DNA of 64,000 nucleotides from Longimicrobiales bacterium (GTDB taxonomy: Bacteria; Gemmatimonadota; Gemmatimonadetes; Longimicrobiales; Gaopeijiaceae), in assembly GCA_965249725.1 (NCBI GenBank), contig OZ252251.1, positions 576,001-640,000 on the forward strand, given 5' to 3'. Under the pieces are notes generated by a model. The model ran no database searches. It was given only the letters and a program-made list of their open reading frames with translations, and was not told the origin of the DNA. This document shows, in pieces, positions 46,141-55,719 of this stretch. The position numbers and the translations under genes are program-made. The first letter of the stretch is position 1. Each line of letters begins with the position of its first letter.

Positions 46141-47840
46141 GTGCGTGGGTCGGAAGAGGCTCGGTCGTCGCCCTATTGGCGGTTGGGCTTTCTGGGATAG
46201 CGCCGACCGACGGCGCGGCCCAGTGGTACGAGCTCCGTGTTCCCGAGAGGCCGGCTCTGGATGACACCGACGTCGAGAAGGGTAGGGAGGTATACCAGGA
46301 GCGCTGCTGGTTCTGTCACGGTGATGACGGCGACGGCGAGGGTCCGGTAGCGCCATACCTCTTTCCGCGGCCCCGGGACTTCACCATGGGCAGCTTCAAG
46401 CTCCGCACGACCCAGAGTGGCGAGCTTCCCCTCGATGAGGACCTCTTTCGGACGATTACGCTGGGCATCGACGGCACCGCCATGCCGGGCTGGGAATCCC
46501 ACCTCACCGAGGAGGAGCGGTGGCAGGTGATCGCGTACGTCAAGAGCTTCGCCGCCGATCTCTTCGAGGACGAGTTTTTCGATCCGTACCAGGCCATCGT
46601 AGAGATTGGAGACCCGCCGGGTGGGGCCCAGGAGGATCTGGTCGCGGCGGGCCAGATCGTCTTCGACGAGAACAAGTGCTGGGAGTGCCACGGAGCCCTC
46701 GGGCGAGGGGACGGCGACAGGGCCCCCGAGCTGACGGACGATTGGGATTTCCCCATCGCGCCCACCGACCTCCATGTTGGATGGAAGATCAAAGGAGGCC
46801 GGTCGGTGCGCGAGCTCTACCTGCGCTTTTCGACGGGCCTCGACGGCACGCCCATGCCCTCCTATGAGGCGACCGTCGGCGAAGAGCAGCGGTGGCAGTT
46901 GGCCTATTACGTGGCTTCTCTCACCGGCGACGTGGAGGACGACGATTCGGGCGGCGGCGTCATCATTCCCGGGCGCCGAATCGATGGTCCGCTACCCGCG
47001 GGACCCCTCGACCCCGCGTGGGAATGGGCCGCAGAGGTTTCGGTGCCGTTGACGGGTCAGGCCACGTTCGCGCCCCGGTGGCAGATCCCGGCCGTGACGG
47101 ACCTGGCTGTCAGGGTGCTTTTCAACGAAGACGAGATCGCTTTTCGCCTGGCTTGGGACGATCGATTCGCCGATACGACCGCGGTCGACTCGTTGCTCTC
47201 CCTTTCGGAAGGATGGAGTGCGGACGACACCTATCCGCGACTGTTCCCCGACGGTGGGCGAGTGCGCGGGTACTTCAGTGATGCGGCGGAGGTCATGATT
47301 CCCGTGCGTTACGAGGAGAGTCCGGTCCTGCCTCACTTCGTATACGGGAATGCCGGCAAACCCGTGGACCTCTGGCGATGGCAGGCGGACCGGCAGTACG
47401 CTCACGCAAACACAGCGGCCGTGGTGGAGCTTCGTGCGGCCGGCGCTGAACGGCCACCGGAGCCCCATGCCTTGGAGAGTCAGACCGCGACGGGAGGCGG
47501 CGTTTGGGCCGACGGTCGCTGGTCGGTCGTGATCCGCAGACGCCTCCGGACGGAGGAGGGCGCGGCGGAGGTGCAACTCCGCCCCGGGGATCTGATTCCC
47601 CTGGCCTTCCACGTGTGGGAGGGAAACAACGGAGAGACGGGACTCAGGATGAGCCTATCGTCGTGGGCGTTCCTCGATCTGCATGAGCCCGCCCCGGTTA
47701 TGACCTACTTCGCCGTGCTCTTGGTCGTCATCCTCGCTGGGCTGCTCGAATTGGGCGTCGTCCGATGGAGCGCACGACGACGGGCCACACCTTCTCCGTT
47801 CGAGAGAGGCGTGGATCCGCCCACCTATAGCGAGAGTTGA
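46137..47840 (+). CDS. Di-heme cytochrome c fused to an ethylbenzene-dehydrogenase gamma-like (DOMON) domain with a C-terminal anchor
   Basis: CWFCH..PRPRDF..TAMP; CWECH..TPMP; IAFRLAWDD, PVDLWRW, GRWSVVIRRRL, AFHVWEG; C-terminal TM helix. Confidence 0.87.
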   Translation: MSAWVGRGSVVALLAVGLSGIAPTDGAAQWYELRVPERPALDDTDVEKGREVYQERCWFCHGDDGDGEGPVAPYLFPRPRDFTMGSFKLRTTQSGELPLDEDLFRTITLGIDGTAMPGWESHLTEEERWQVIAYVKSFAADLFEDEFFDPYQAIVEIGDPPGGAQEDLVAAGQIVFDENKCWECHGALGRGDGDRAPELTDDWDFPIAPTDLHVGWKIKGGRSVRELYLRFSTGLDGTPMPSYEATVGEEQRWQLAYYVASLTGDVEDDDSGGGVIIPGRRIDGPLPAGPLDPAWEWAAEVSVPLTGQATFAPRWQIPAVTDLAVRVLFNEDEIAFRLAWDDRFADTTAVDSLLSLSEGWSADDTYPRLFPDGGRVRGYFSDAAEVMIPVRYEESPVLPHFVYGNAGKPVDLWRWQADRQYAHANTAAVVELRAAGAERPPEPHALESQTATGGGVWADGRWSVVIRRRLRTEEGAAEVQLRPGDLIPLAFHVWEGNNGETGLRMSLSSWAFLDLHEPAPVMTYFAVLLVVILAGLLELGVVRWSARRRATPSPFERGVDPPTYSES

Positions 47841-47862
47841 ACCGGCCAGCCGGGAGTAGAAC

Positions 47863-49773
47863 ATGACCGCCAGAAGGGACCGCGAACTGGGCCTGGATCG
47901 GCCCATCACCCGTAGGGATTTCGTGTATGGATCGGCGGTGCTCGCTGCGGGTGCCGTGGCCGGGTGCCGACCGGGCGATTCGGCGGATCCGGGCGGGGCC
48001 GCGTCGGGCTCACAGGCCGCCTACCAATTCGAAGTTGGGGACGACTGGTTCGGTCCGGGCGGGGTCGGTGACTACCGCGACTCTCACGGCAACACACCAG
48101 GGTTGGTACGCGACGCCCATCGCATTCGGGCGGGAGAGTTCGACGAGGCACCGGCCAACGCTATCGACAGTGGAGAGGACTACGACCTGGTGGTCGTCGG
48201 TGGTGGGTTCTCGGGACTCTCGGCCGCGCACCACTTCCGCCGGCTCAACCCGGGTGGACGCTGCCTCATTCTGGACAACCACCCGATCTTCGGCGGGGAA
48301 GCCAAGCGCAACGAGTTCCTGGTCGATGGCCATCGCCTCACGGGTCCCCAGGGGTCCAACGATTTTGGTGTTCAGGCGGCCACGGGGGGGCCGAACGACT
48401 ACTTCACGTCCCTCGGCATCCCTCGAGAATTCGAGTACCGCGAGCCCGGAGGTGCCGCTGCCGGAATGAAGATCCCGTTCGACAACTATGGCTTCCTTCA
48501 CTGGCAGCACGACCTGTTTTCCGTGGGCCACTTCTTCGACGATGGTGGCGGGCGCTGGGTCAACGACCTGTGGCGCAGCGGTCTGGACCAGGCTCCGTGG
48601 AGCTCCGGCGTGCGTGACTCCTTCCGCGGAGCGCGGGAAGAGGACGTGGAGCGGCATGCCCAGGGGGAAATCGGTCCCTGGCTCGACTCCATGACCATGA
48701 AGGAGTACTACGAGGGCGTACTAGGCCTTCCGCCGGAGGTGACCGCCTATGTCGATCCGATCCTCGCGAGCATCATCGGGTTGGGGTGTGACGCGATCTC
48801 GGCCTGGTGGGGACTCCATTTCGAGCTTCCCGGGTTCCGGAAGCCCGATCGGTACGCCGACTTCACGTTCCATTGCTTCCCCGGGGGAAATGCAGGACTC
48901 GCCCGGTACTTCGTGAAGAACCTGATCCCCGATGGAATCGCAGGGTCGGCGGAGTTGCTTGACGTCCTGAATGGAGCGGTGGACTTCGATCGCCTGGATC
49001 GGTCCGACAACCCCGTCCGAATGCGACTCGGATCCACAGTCGTTCGGGTCGAGCATCGGGGGGTTGTGAGCAGTTCCGAGCGCGTCGTGATCACCTATGT
49101 AAAGGACGAAGAGGTCCACCAGCTCAGCGCCCGGAACGTGGTCATGGCCTCCGGTGGCTGGGTCAACCGCCGTGTCCTGCGCGATCTTCCCGAAGGTCAT
49201 CGACAGGCGTACGAGGGATTCAGCCACTCGCCGGTGCTCGTCGCCAACGTGGCGCTCACCAACTGGCGTTTTCTGGAGCGCCTGGGCGTCGCGGCAGGTA
49301 TCTGGTCGGGCGGATTCGGATTCTACTGCAACATCCGGCGGCCGATGCTGGTGGGCGGGGAAGCTCCGCCGCTCCATCCCGACCAGCCCGTCGTGATGAC
49401 CTTCTACGCGCCGAGCTACTCTCCGGGAATGGCGGCTGCCGACCAGGGCGTTGCGGGCCGTACGCAGGTGTTGGGTACGTCCTTTCCCGCGTACGAGAGG
49501 CAGATTCGGGAGCAGATGGTCCGGCTCTTCGGCGACGCCGGGTTCGATCCGGCCAATGACATCGCCGGGATCATCTTGAATCGTTGGGGGCACGCTTACG
49601 TGAATCCCGGCCCCGGATTCATGTTCGGCCGTGGTGGAGCGCCGGCCCCTCCCGACGTCATCCGGGAGCCGTTCGGGCGTGTCGCCATCGGCCACTCGGA
49701 GCTCCGAGGGCATCAGAACTGGACGGGTGCGGCGGGAGAGGGGCGCCGGGCTGTCGAGGCACTGCTGAGCTGA
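47863..49773 (+). CDS. Tat-exported FAD-dependent oxidoreductase, spermidine dehydrogenase (SpdH)-like
   Basis: LGLDRPITRRDFV, VVGGGFSGLSAA, LDNHPIFGGEAKRNEF, FPGGNAG, DIAGIILNRWGHAY. Confidence 0.85.
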   Translation: MTARRDRELGLDRPITRRDFVYGSAVLAAGAVAGCRPGDSADPGGAASGSQAAYQFEVGDDWFGPGGVGDYRDSHGNTPGLVRDAHRIRAGEFDEAPANAIDSGEDYDLVVVGGGFSGLSAAHHFRRLNPGGRCLILDNHPIFGGEAKRNEFLVDGHRLTGPQGSNDFGVQAATGGPNDYFTSLGIPREFEYREPGGAAAGMKIPFDNYGFLHWQHDLFSVGHFFDDGGGRWVNDLWRSGLDQAPWSSGVRDSFRGAREEDVERHAQGEIGPWLDSMTMKEYYEGVLGLPPEVTAYVDPILASIIGLGCDAISAWWGLHFELPGFRKPDRYADFTFHCFPGGNAGLARYFVKNLIPDGIAGSAELLDVLNGAVDFDRLDRSDNPVRMRLGSTVVRVEHRGVVSSSERVVITYVKDEEVHQLSARNVVMASGGWVNRRVLRDLPEGHRQAYEGFSHSPVLVANVALTNWRFLERLGVAAGIWSGGFGFYCNIRRPMLVGGEAPPLHPDQPVVMTFYAPSYSPGMAAADQGVAGRTQVLGTSFPAYERQIREQMVRLFGDAGFDPANDIAGIILNRWGHAYVNPGPGFMFGRGGAPAPPDVIREPFGRVAIGHSELRGHQNWTGAAGEGRRAVEALLS

Positions 49774-49797
49774 GGAGCGAGTCGGCGGAGGCCGACA

Positions 49798-51525
49798 CTA
49801 TCTCCTGTAGACGATCCGGCCGTCGACGATGGTGGCCACGATCTCTCCATCGAGGATGCCACCGGGGTCCTGTGATTCCAGGGCGAACGGGTCGATGTCC
49901 ATGACGGTGAGATCCGCCCAACGCCCGGCCTCGATTACGCCTGATTCGTCCTCGCTGAAGGCCACGTACGCCGCCCAGTTGGTGTAGGCCCGCACCGTTT
50001 CCTCGGCGGTGAGCGACTGAGCGGCATACCATCCTCCCGAGGGCTCCCTGGACTTGTTGCGCCTCGTCATCGCCGCGTGCATTCCGTAGAAGACGCTCCA
50101 GTCCGATCCGGGCAGGTCGGAGTTGAACGTCAACTCGGTGCCAGCGGATCGCAGCGTCCTCCATGCGTACGCGCCCTTGATGCGATCAGGCCCCACGCGC
50201 TCCTCAGCCCACGGCATGTCCTCGACCGCGTGAGCCGGCTCCATGGAGGCTACCAGGTCGAGCTCCGCGAATCGCGGAATGTCGTCGGGGTGGACGACCT
50301 GAGCGTGTTCGATCCGATTGCGGTTCTCGCGAGCATCGGGAACGTCGCCGTAGACGGACTCGATATAGTCCAAGGTCTCCCGGTTGCCGGCGTCACCGAT
50401 GGCGTGGATCGCTACCTGGAATCCAGCAGCCATCATGCGACGCAGCCAAGTCGCGTCGAAACCATAGCCTTCTCCGGCCAGGCCTCGATGCCCTGATGTG
50501 TCCGAGTAGTCCTCGATGAGTCGTGCCCCGCGCGAACCCAGGGCGCCGTCGTAGAAGGCCTTCACCGACCGGGTCCGCAGCATCGATTCTACGTCTCGGT
50601 CGGGGCCGCGAGCCTCCCAAACGGCCAGCACTGCTGTGTCCCGCGCCGAGAGCATCGAGTAGACCCGCACGGGCAGCCGCTCGTCCGCTTCGAGAGCCTC
50701 GAATGCGGCCATGGTCTCGGTGGGTGCGCCGGCCTCGTGCACGGCTACGAAACCGGATCGTGCCATCTCCGCGAGCCCGTCCAGGATCTGCTCCTGGAGC
50801 TGCTCGTGGGGCGGGGCGGGAATGGCATCGTCCAGGAGCGGGACGGCCCGGTTGAGCAGCAGACCCGTGGGACGCCCCTGAGCGTCCTTGCGGATCTCGC
50901 CCCCCACCGGGGTCTCGGTGTCTGCCGTGATCCCCGCCGCCTCGAAGGCCAGTCGATTTCCCCAGCCGGCGAAGCCGTGAAGGCTTCTCATGTACACGGG
51001 GTGGTTCGGCACCGCCTCCGAGATCATTTCCATGTCGGGGTATCGATTGGCCCACGCTCCCTCGTCCCATCCGGCGCCTACGATCCAGGTCCCTTCCGGG
51101 ATCAGGGCGGCTCGCTCGGCGACCAGCGCGACCGCGTCCTCTTCCGTAGCCACATCCACCAGGTTGACCCGGGCCAACAAGGCGCCGAGCTCGACCACGT
51201 GCGTGTGGGAGTCGACCATACCCGGCAGGACCGTGGCACCCCCGAGGTCCAGTACTTCCGTGCTGGCTCCCCGATAGGCCTCTGCATCGGCGGCAGGGCC
51301 CACGAAGAGGATTCTCCCATCACGGATCGCCACGGCCGTAGCGTCGGGCTGCCAGCCGTCTGCGGCCGAATAAGGCGCGTCGAGCGCGGGCGCGCCGTCG
51401 ATGCCGGGCTCGCCCCACGTGAGGGTATAGACGCGCGCGTTGGTCAGAAGAAGGTCGGCGGATCTGGGCCCGCACGCGAAAAGCGTGGTCGGGAGAATCA
51501 ACGAGAGGAGGATACGTCGGTTCAC
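49798..51525 (-). CDS. YtcJ-like amidohydrolase 3 lipoprotein
   Basis: PGMVDSHTH, KAFYDGALGSRGA, HAIGD, RIEHAQ, NSD; lipobox LFAC; probable GTG start. Confidence 0.9.
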   Translation of the reverse strand: MNRRILLSLILPTTLFACGPRSADLLLTNARVYTLTWGEPGIDGAPALDAPYSAADGWQPDATAVAIRDGRILFVGPAADAEAYRGASTEVLDLGGATVLPGMVDSHTHVVELGALLARVNLVDVATEEDAVALVAERAALIPEGTWIVGAGWDEGAWANRYPDMEMISEAVPNHPVYMRSLHGFAGWGNRLAFEAAGITADTETPVGGEIRKDAQGRPTGLLLNRAVPLLDDAIPAPPHEQLQEQILDGLAEMARSGFVAVHEAGAPTETMAAFEALEADERLPVRVYSMLSARDTAVLAVWEARGPDRDVESMLRTRSVKAFYDGALGSRGARLIEDYSDTSGHRGLAGEGYGFDATWLRRMMAAGFQVAIHAIGDAGNRETLDYIESVYGDVPDARENRNRIEHAQVVHPDDIPRFAELDLVASMEPAHAVEDMPWAEERVGPDRIKGAYAWRTLRSAGTELTFNSDLPGSDWSVFYGMHAAMTRRNKSREPSGGWYAAQSLTAEETVRAYTNWAAYVAFSEDESGVIEAGRWADLTVMDIDPFALESQDPGGILDGEIVATIVDGRIVYRR

Positions 51526-51675
51526 GGATGGCTCCCTGGATGGGCACTGCTGAGACTGAATCGCCGACGATACGGTGAGACGGCTGGCAGGACCAGGAGT
51601 GGACGGACCCGCGGGTTCTAGCGGCTCCCTGCACGCCGCGACTAAGTTCACCGCCCACTCAAAGAAGGAGCGCGG

Positions 51676-52251
51676 ATGGATCGGCGCCATCTCCTACGAA
51701 TCCTCGGTACTACGGCGACTGCGGCCGGCCTCTCTCCCGGCCAGCTGGCCGCTTTGTTGCCTCAGGGATCTCGACGGCGACCGGAGAGCGCCTTCTTCAC
51801 CGCCGAACAGCGTGAGGCAGTGGCTGCTTTGTCCGAGGCCATCATCCCGGAGACGGACACGCCTGGTGCCGTGGAGGCGGGCGTGGTCGAGTTCATCGAG
51901 ATGATCGTCTCCGAGTGGATGAGGCCGGACGAACGTGAGCGTTTCATGCGCGGACTGGCTCACGTGGACGACCACACGGAGGCTCAGGCCGGAGTCCGAT
52001 TCGCCTATTCGGGAGAGGCCACACAGACGGCGATCCTGTCGGGGCTCGAGGCCGAGGGGCGCGTCCTCATGGACGAGGATGAAGAGGCGCCTGCCCCGTT
52101 CTTCCACCACCTCCGTAGTCTCGTGCTGAGCGGGTACTACACCTCCGAGATCGGGATGAAACAGGAGCTTCTGTGGCAGGAGATCCCGGGCCGCTTCGAC
52201 GGGTGCGTAGATCTGACCGAGGTCACCCGGCAGACGGTGGAGGGCGGCTGA
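51676..52251 (+). CDS. Gluconate 2-dehydrogenase subunit 3 family (Tat hitchhiker/small subunit)
   Basis: MDRRHLL Tat motif; IIPETDTPGA, GYYTSEIG, IPGRFDGC. Confidence 0.9.
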   Translation: MDRRHLLRILGTTATAAGLSPGQLAALLPQGSRRRPESAFFTAEQREAVAALSEAIIPETDTPGAVEAGVVEFIEMIVSEWMRPDERERFMRGLAHVDDHTEAQAGVRFAYSGEATQTAILSGLEAEGRVLMDEDEEAPAPFFHHLRSLVLSGYYTSEIGMKQELLWQEIPGRFDGCVDLTEVTRQTVEGG

Positions 52252-53939
52252 TGGCCCGTCAGGAGGCCTTCGATGCCATCGTGGTCGGGTCCGGCATGAG
52301 CGGAGGCTGGGCCGCGAAGGAACTGACGGAGCGCGGGCTCAACACGCTCGTTCTCGAGGCGGGGCGGTCCATCGATCCTGCTACCGACTACGAGATGAAC
52401 ACACAGCCGTGGCAGATGCGGCACCGGGGCCGCCGGGATCGCTACAAGCAGGAGAGGGAGCGGCCGATCCAGCGTGAGTGCTACGCGTGTGACGCCTATA
52501 GCGAGAAGTTCTTCGTCCGCGACGACCTGAACCCGTACACGACGGGAGAAGGCAAACCGTTCTCCTGGATCCGTTCGCGGCAGGTCGGAGGACGCTCACT
52601 CGTCTGGGCGCGCCACGTCTATCGCTGGAGCGACTTGGACTTCGAAGCGAATGCGAGGGACGGCCACGGAGTCGACTGGCCGATCCGGTACGCGGACATC
52701 GAGCCTTGGTACGACTATGTGGAGCGGTTCGTCGGAGTAAGTGGCCAGGCCGAGGGACTCCCGCAGGTGCCCGACGCCCAGTTCCTTCCGCCGGTGGAAC
52801 TCAACTGTGCCGAACAGTTCGTGCGGGATGGGATGAGCCGGCGGTTCGGGCGGGACCGGGTGCTCACCGTCGGACGGTGTGCGATCCTGACCGAGAACCA
52901 CCGGGGCCGCGCCGCCTGCCACTTCTGTGGGGTCTGTGAGCGTGGCTGCACGACCCACTCGTACTTCAGCTCCCTGGCGGCCACTCTGCCGGCTGCCGCT
53001 GCGACGGGTCGAATGACGCTTCGCCCACACAGCGTGGTCCACAGCGTGATCTACGACGTGGGCACCGGACGAGCCGGAGGTGTACGTGTCATTGACGGAG
53101 AGACACACGAGACCTTCGAGTTCAAGGCGCGATTGGTGTTCCTGTGTGCCTCCGCGCTGGAGTCCACGAGGATTCTCCTCAACTCGAAGACGGAGCGCTG
53201 GCCGGACGGCTTGGCCAACTCGTCGGGGCAGCTCGGCCGCAACCTCATGGATCACACGATGGGGGGAGGAGCCGAGGGGATCATCCCCGGGCTCGCCGAC
53301 AAGTGGATGTACGGCCGCAGGCCGCACGGTATCTACCTGCCTCGGTTCGCCAACGTGACCGATCAGCACCCGGACTTCCTTCGGGGCTATGCATATCAGG
53401 GCGGAGCCTCGCGAGAGGGGTGGCAGCGGGGCAACGCCATGCAGGGCTTCGGCGCCGACTTCAAGCACGCCCTCCGGACTCCCGGGCCGTGGAAGATGAA
53501 TCTGTACGGTTTCGGGGAGTGCTTGCCTCGGGAGTCCAACTACGTCGACCTGGACCCTGATCAGGCGGACGCCTGGGGGATCCCGTCGCTCCGCATCCAC
53601 TGCCAGTGGAGCGAGAATGAACGCCGGGTGCTCCGGGAGATGTCGACGCAGGCCGCCGAGATGCTCGAAGCCGTCGGCGCGACCGAGGTCGAGGACTTCC
53701 TAGAGGACAATCCGCCCGGACTCACCATTCACGAGATGGGAACGGCCCGAATGGGCAGAGATCCCGCGACGTCCGTCTTGAATGGGTGGAATCAGAGTTG
53801 GGACGTGCCCAATCTGTTCATGACCGACGGGGCTTGCATGACTTCGAGCGCCAACCAGAATCCGAGCATCACGTATATGGCGCTCACGGCCAGGGCCGTC
53901 GATCATGCGGTCGACATGATAACGCGAGGGGAGTTGTGA
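52251..53939 (+). CDS. GMC oxidoreductase (glycoside 3-dehydrogenase-type flavoprotein)
   Basis: VVGSGMSGGWAAKEL, VGGRS, Fe-S motif CHFCGVCERGC, NLMDH, IHEMGTARMG, QNPSITYMAL. Confidence 0.92.
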   Translation: MARQEAFDAIVVGSGMSGGWAAKELTERGLNTLVLEAGRSIDPATDYEMNTQPWQMRHRGRRDRYKQERERPIQRECYACDAYSEKFFVRDDLNPYTTGEGKPFSWIRSRQVGGRSLVWARHVYRWSDLDFEANARDGHGVDWPIRYADIEPWYDYVERFVGVSGQAEGLPQVPDAQFLPPVELNCAEQFVRDGMSRRFGRDRVLTVGRCAILTENHRGRAACHFCGVCERGCTTHSYFSSLAATLPAAAATGRMTLRPHSVVHSVIYDVGTGRAGGVRVIDGETHETFEFKARLVFLCASALESTRILLNSKTERWPDGLANSSGQLGRNLMDHTMGGGAEGIIPGLADKWMYGRRPHGIYLPRFANVTDQHPDFLRGYAYQGGASREGWQRGNAMQGFGADFKHALRTPGPWKMNLYGFGECLPRESNYVDLDPDQADAWGIPSLRIHCQWSENERRVLREMSTQAAEMLEAVGATEVEDFLEDNPPGLTIHEMGTARMGRDPATSVLNGWNQSWDVPNLFMTDGACMTSSANQNPSITYMALTARAVDHAVDMITRGEL

Positions 53940-54787
53940 TGATGAATCGTCGAGAGGCTTTGCGGCGAATGGGCATCGTGGCCGCGGGTGCCGCCGGGGT
54001 CGGCGAGTTGGGGTGCCGGGGCTACGACCGAGTGATTGGACCCCTCGGGCCGCTGGGCCTGCAGCTCTACACGGTCCGAAGAGAGATGGCCCAGGTAGGT
54101 GTAGATGCTACCCTGGCTCGCGTGGCGGAAATCGGGTACAGCGAGGTGGAGTTCACCGGGTACTTCGATCGAAGCCCCGCGGAGATCCGGCGCGGGCTCA
54201 GCGTGGCCGGCCTGACCGCACCCGGGACGCATGTCGACATGAGTGCAGTGATCACCGATTGGCCGAATACGCTCGATACCGCGAACACGATCGGACATCG
54301 GTATGTGGTGGTACCGTCGGTGCCCCGTGAGATGAGTCTCACCCTGGACCATTGGCGCGCCGTGGCCGACATCTTCAACCGGGCGGCCGCCGAGGCCCGC
54401 GATGCGGGCCTACAGTTCGCGTACCACAATCACGCTTCCGAATTCCTGCCCATCGACGGCCAGGTTCCCTTTGACCTGCTGTGTGAGCTGACCGATCCCG
54501 ACCTGGTACAGATCGAGCTCGACCTCTTCTGGATCGTGCAGGGCGGAGGCGACCCCATAGCCGTCTTCGAGCGCTGGCCGGGGCGGGTGCCCATGGTTCA
54601 CGTGAAGGACCGCACCGATCGGGGCATCATGACCGAGGTGGGTGCCGGCGCCATCGACTGGGAGGAGATCTTCGAGGCACGGGCCCTGGCAGGCATGCGC
54701 CATTATTTCGTCGAGCACGACGAGCCTGTCGAGGGCTTCGCGTCGATATCGGCCAGCTTCCAGTACCTGAGCGGCTTGGGTACTTGA
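53939..54787 (+). CDS. Tat-exported sugar phosphate isomerase/epimerase (xylose-isomerase-like TIM barrel)
   Basis: NRREAL; GLQLYTVR, YHNH..EF, ELDLFW, HVKD, VEHD. Confidence 0.88.
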   Translation: MMNRREALRRMGIVAAGAAGVGELGCRGYDRVIGPLGPLGLQLYTVRREMAQVGVDATLARVAEIGYSEVEFTGYFDRSPAEIRRGLSVAGLTAPGTHVDMSAVITDWPNTLDTANTIGHRYVVVPSVPREMSLTLDHWRAVADIFNRAAAEARDAGLQFAYHNHASEFLPIDGQVPFDLLCELTDPDLVQIELDLFWIVQGGGDPIAVFERWPGRVPMVHVKDRTDRGIMTEVGAGAIDWEEIFEARALAGMRHYFVEHDEPVEGFASISASFQYLSGLGT

Positions 54788-55647
54788 TGAAGCGACGCTC
54801 TTTCGTGGCAGGAGCGGCGGGTGCGGTGGCCGGCTTCGGTGCGGTCCGTCCGGCTGATCCGTCCGAGTGGGAAGCCCAAGGCCCGGGCCGGCTGCACCAG
54901 TCCGTGTGTAGGTGGCCGTTCGAGGACATCCCGCTCGAGGATTTTTGTCGCGAAGCCCGTGCCATGGGCCTCGAGGCCATCGACCTGCTGTTCCCCGACG
55001 AGTGGGCCGTCGCCCATTCCCACGGTCTCGCGGTGTCCATGGGGTATGCGTCCCGACGCCCTCGACTGATTGCCGACGGGTTCAACGATCGCGCGATGCA
55101 CTCGTCGGTGATCGAGGAGCTGGAGATCGCGATCCCTGAAGCGGCCGAGGCGGGAGTACGCAACTTGATCGTCATGAGCGGGAGTCGCCGGGGTCGGACT
55201 GAAATCGAGGGCATCACCGCCTGTGCCGAAGGATTGCGCCAAATCACCCCCGCGGCCGAGCGGTATGGCGTGACGTTGTGCCTCGAGATGCTCAACAGTA
55301 CGGTGGACCACGCCGACTACGACGCCGACTCTACCCGGTACGGACTTGAGGTTGTCCAGAGGGTCGGCTCACCGAACTTTCGCCTGCTCTACGACATCTA
55401 CCACATGCAGGTCATGGAAGGGAACGTCATCGCTACCTTGCGGGCTCACGGGGACGCCATCGTCCACATACACACGGCCGGCGTGCCTGGTCGCCACGAG
55501 TTGGACGAGTCCCAAGAATTGAACTACCGGGGCATCGCTCTCGCCTTGGCCGACCTAGCGTTTCCCGGCTACATAGCGCACGAATTCAATCCGACCAGGG
55601 AGCCCATCGGGGCGATACGAGACGCGGTGGAAGTGTGCCGGGTATGA
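54787..55647 (+). CDS. Hydroxypyruvate isomerase-like TIM barrel with a Tat signal
   Basis: KRRSFV; EMLNS.VDH.DY, LLYDIYHMQVMEG, HTAGVPGRHE, HEF. Confidence 0.88.
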   Translation: MKRRSFVAGAAGAVAGFGAVRPADPSEWEAQGPGRLHQSVCRWPFEDIPLEDFCREARAMGLEAIDLLFPDEWAVAHSHGLAVSMGYASRRPRLIADGFNDRAMHSSVIEELEIAIPEAAEAGVRNLIVMSGSRRGRTEIEGITACAEGLRQITPAAERYGVTLCLEMLNSTVDHADYDADSTRYGLEVVQRVGSPNFRLLYDIYHMQVMEGNVIATLRAHGDAIVHIHTAGVPGRHELDESQELNYRGIALALADLAFPGYIAHEFNPTREPIGAIRDAVEVCRV

Positions 55648-55719
55648 GCGGTGGAAGTGTGCCGGGTATGAGCGGTGGAAGTGTGCCGGGTATGAGCGGT
55701 GGACGTGTGCCGGGTATGA
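55624..55719 (+). repeat. Tandem repeat, 4 x 24 bp (GCGGTGGAAGTGTGCCGGGTATGA)
   Basis: Three identical units start at 55624, 55648 and 55672. A fourth at 55696 has one A>C change. There are no spacers. Confidence 0.97.

Noticed and set aside
41481..47840. Nitrite oxidoreductase or ethylbenzene dehydrogenase operon
   Set aside because: Only a gamma-like domain is present, with no molybdopterin alpha or Fe-S beta subunit. Lithotrophy cannot be inferred.
55624..55719. CRISPR array
   Set aside because: The units are directly adjacent with no unique spacers, and no cas genes are present.
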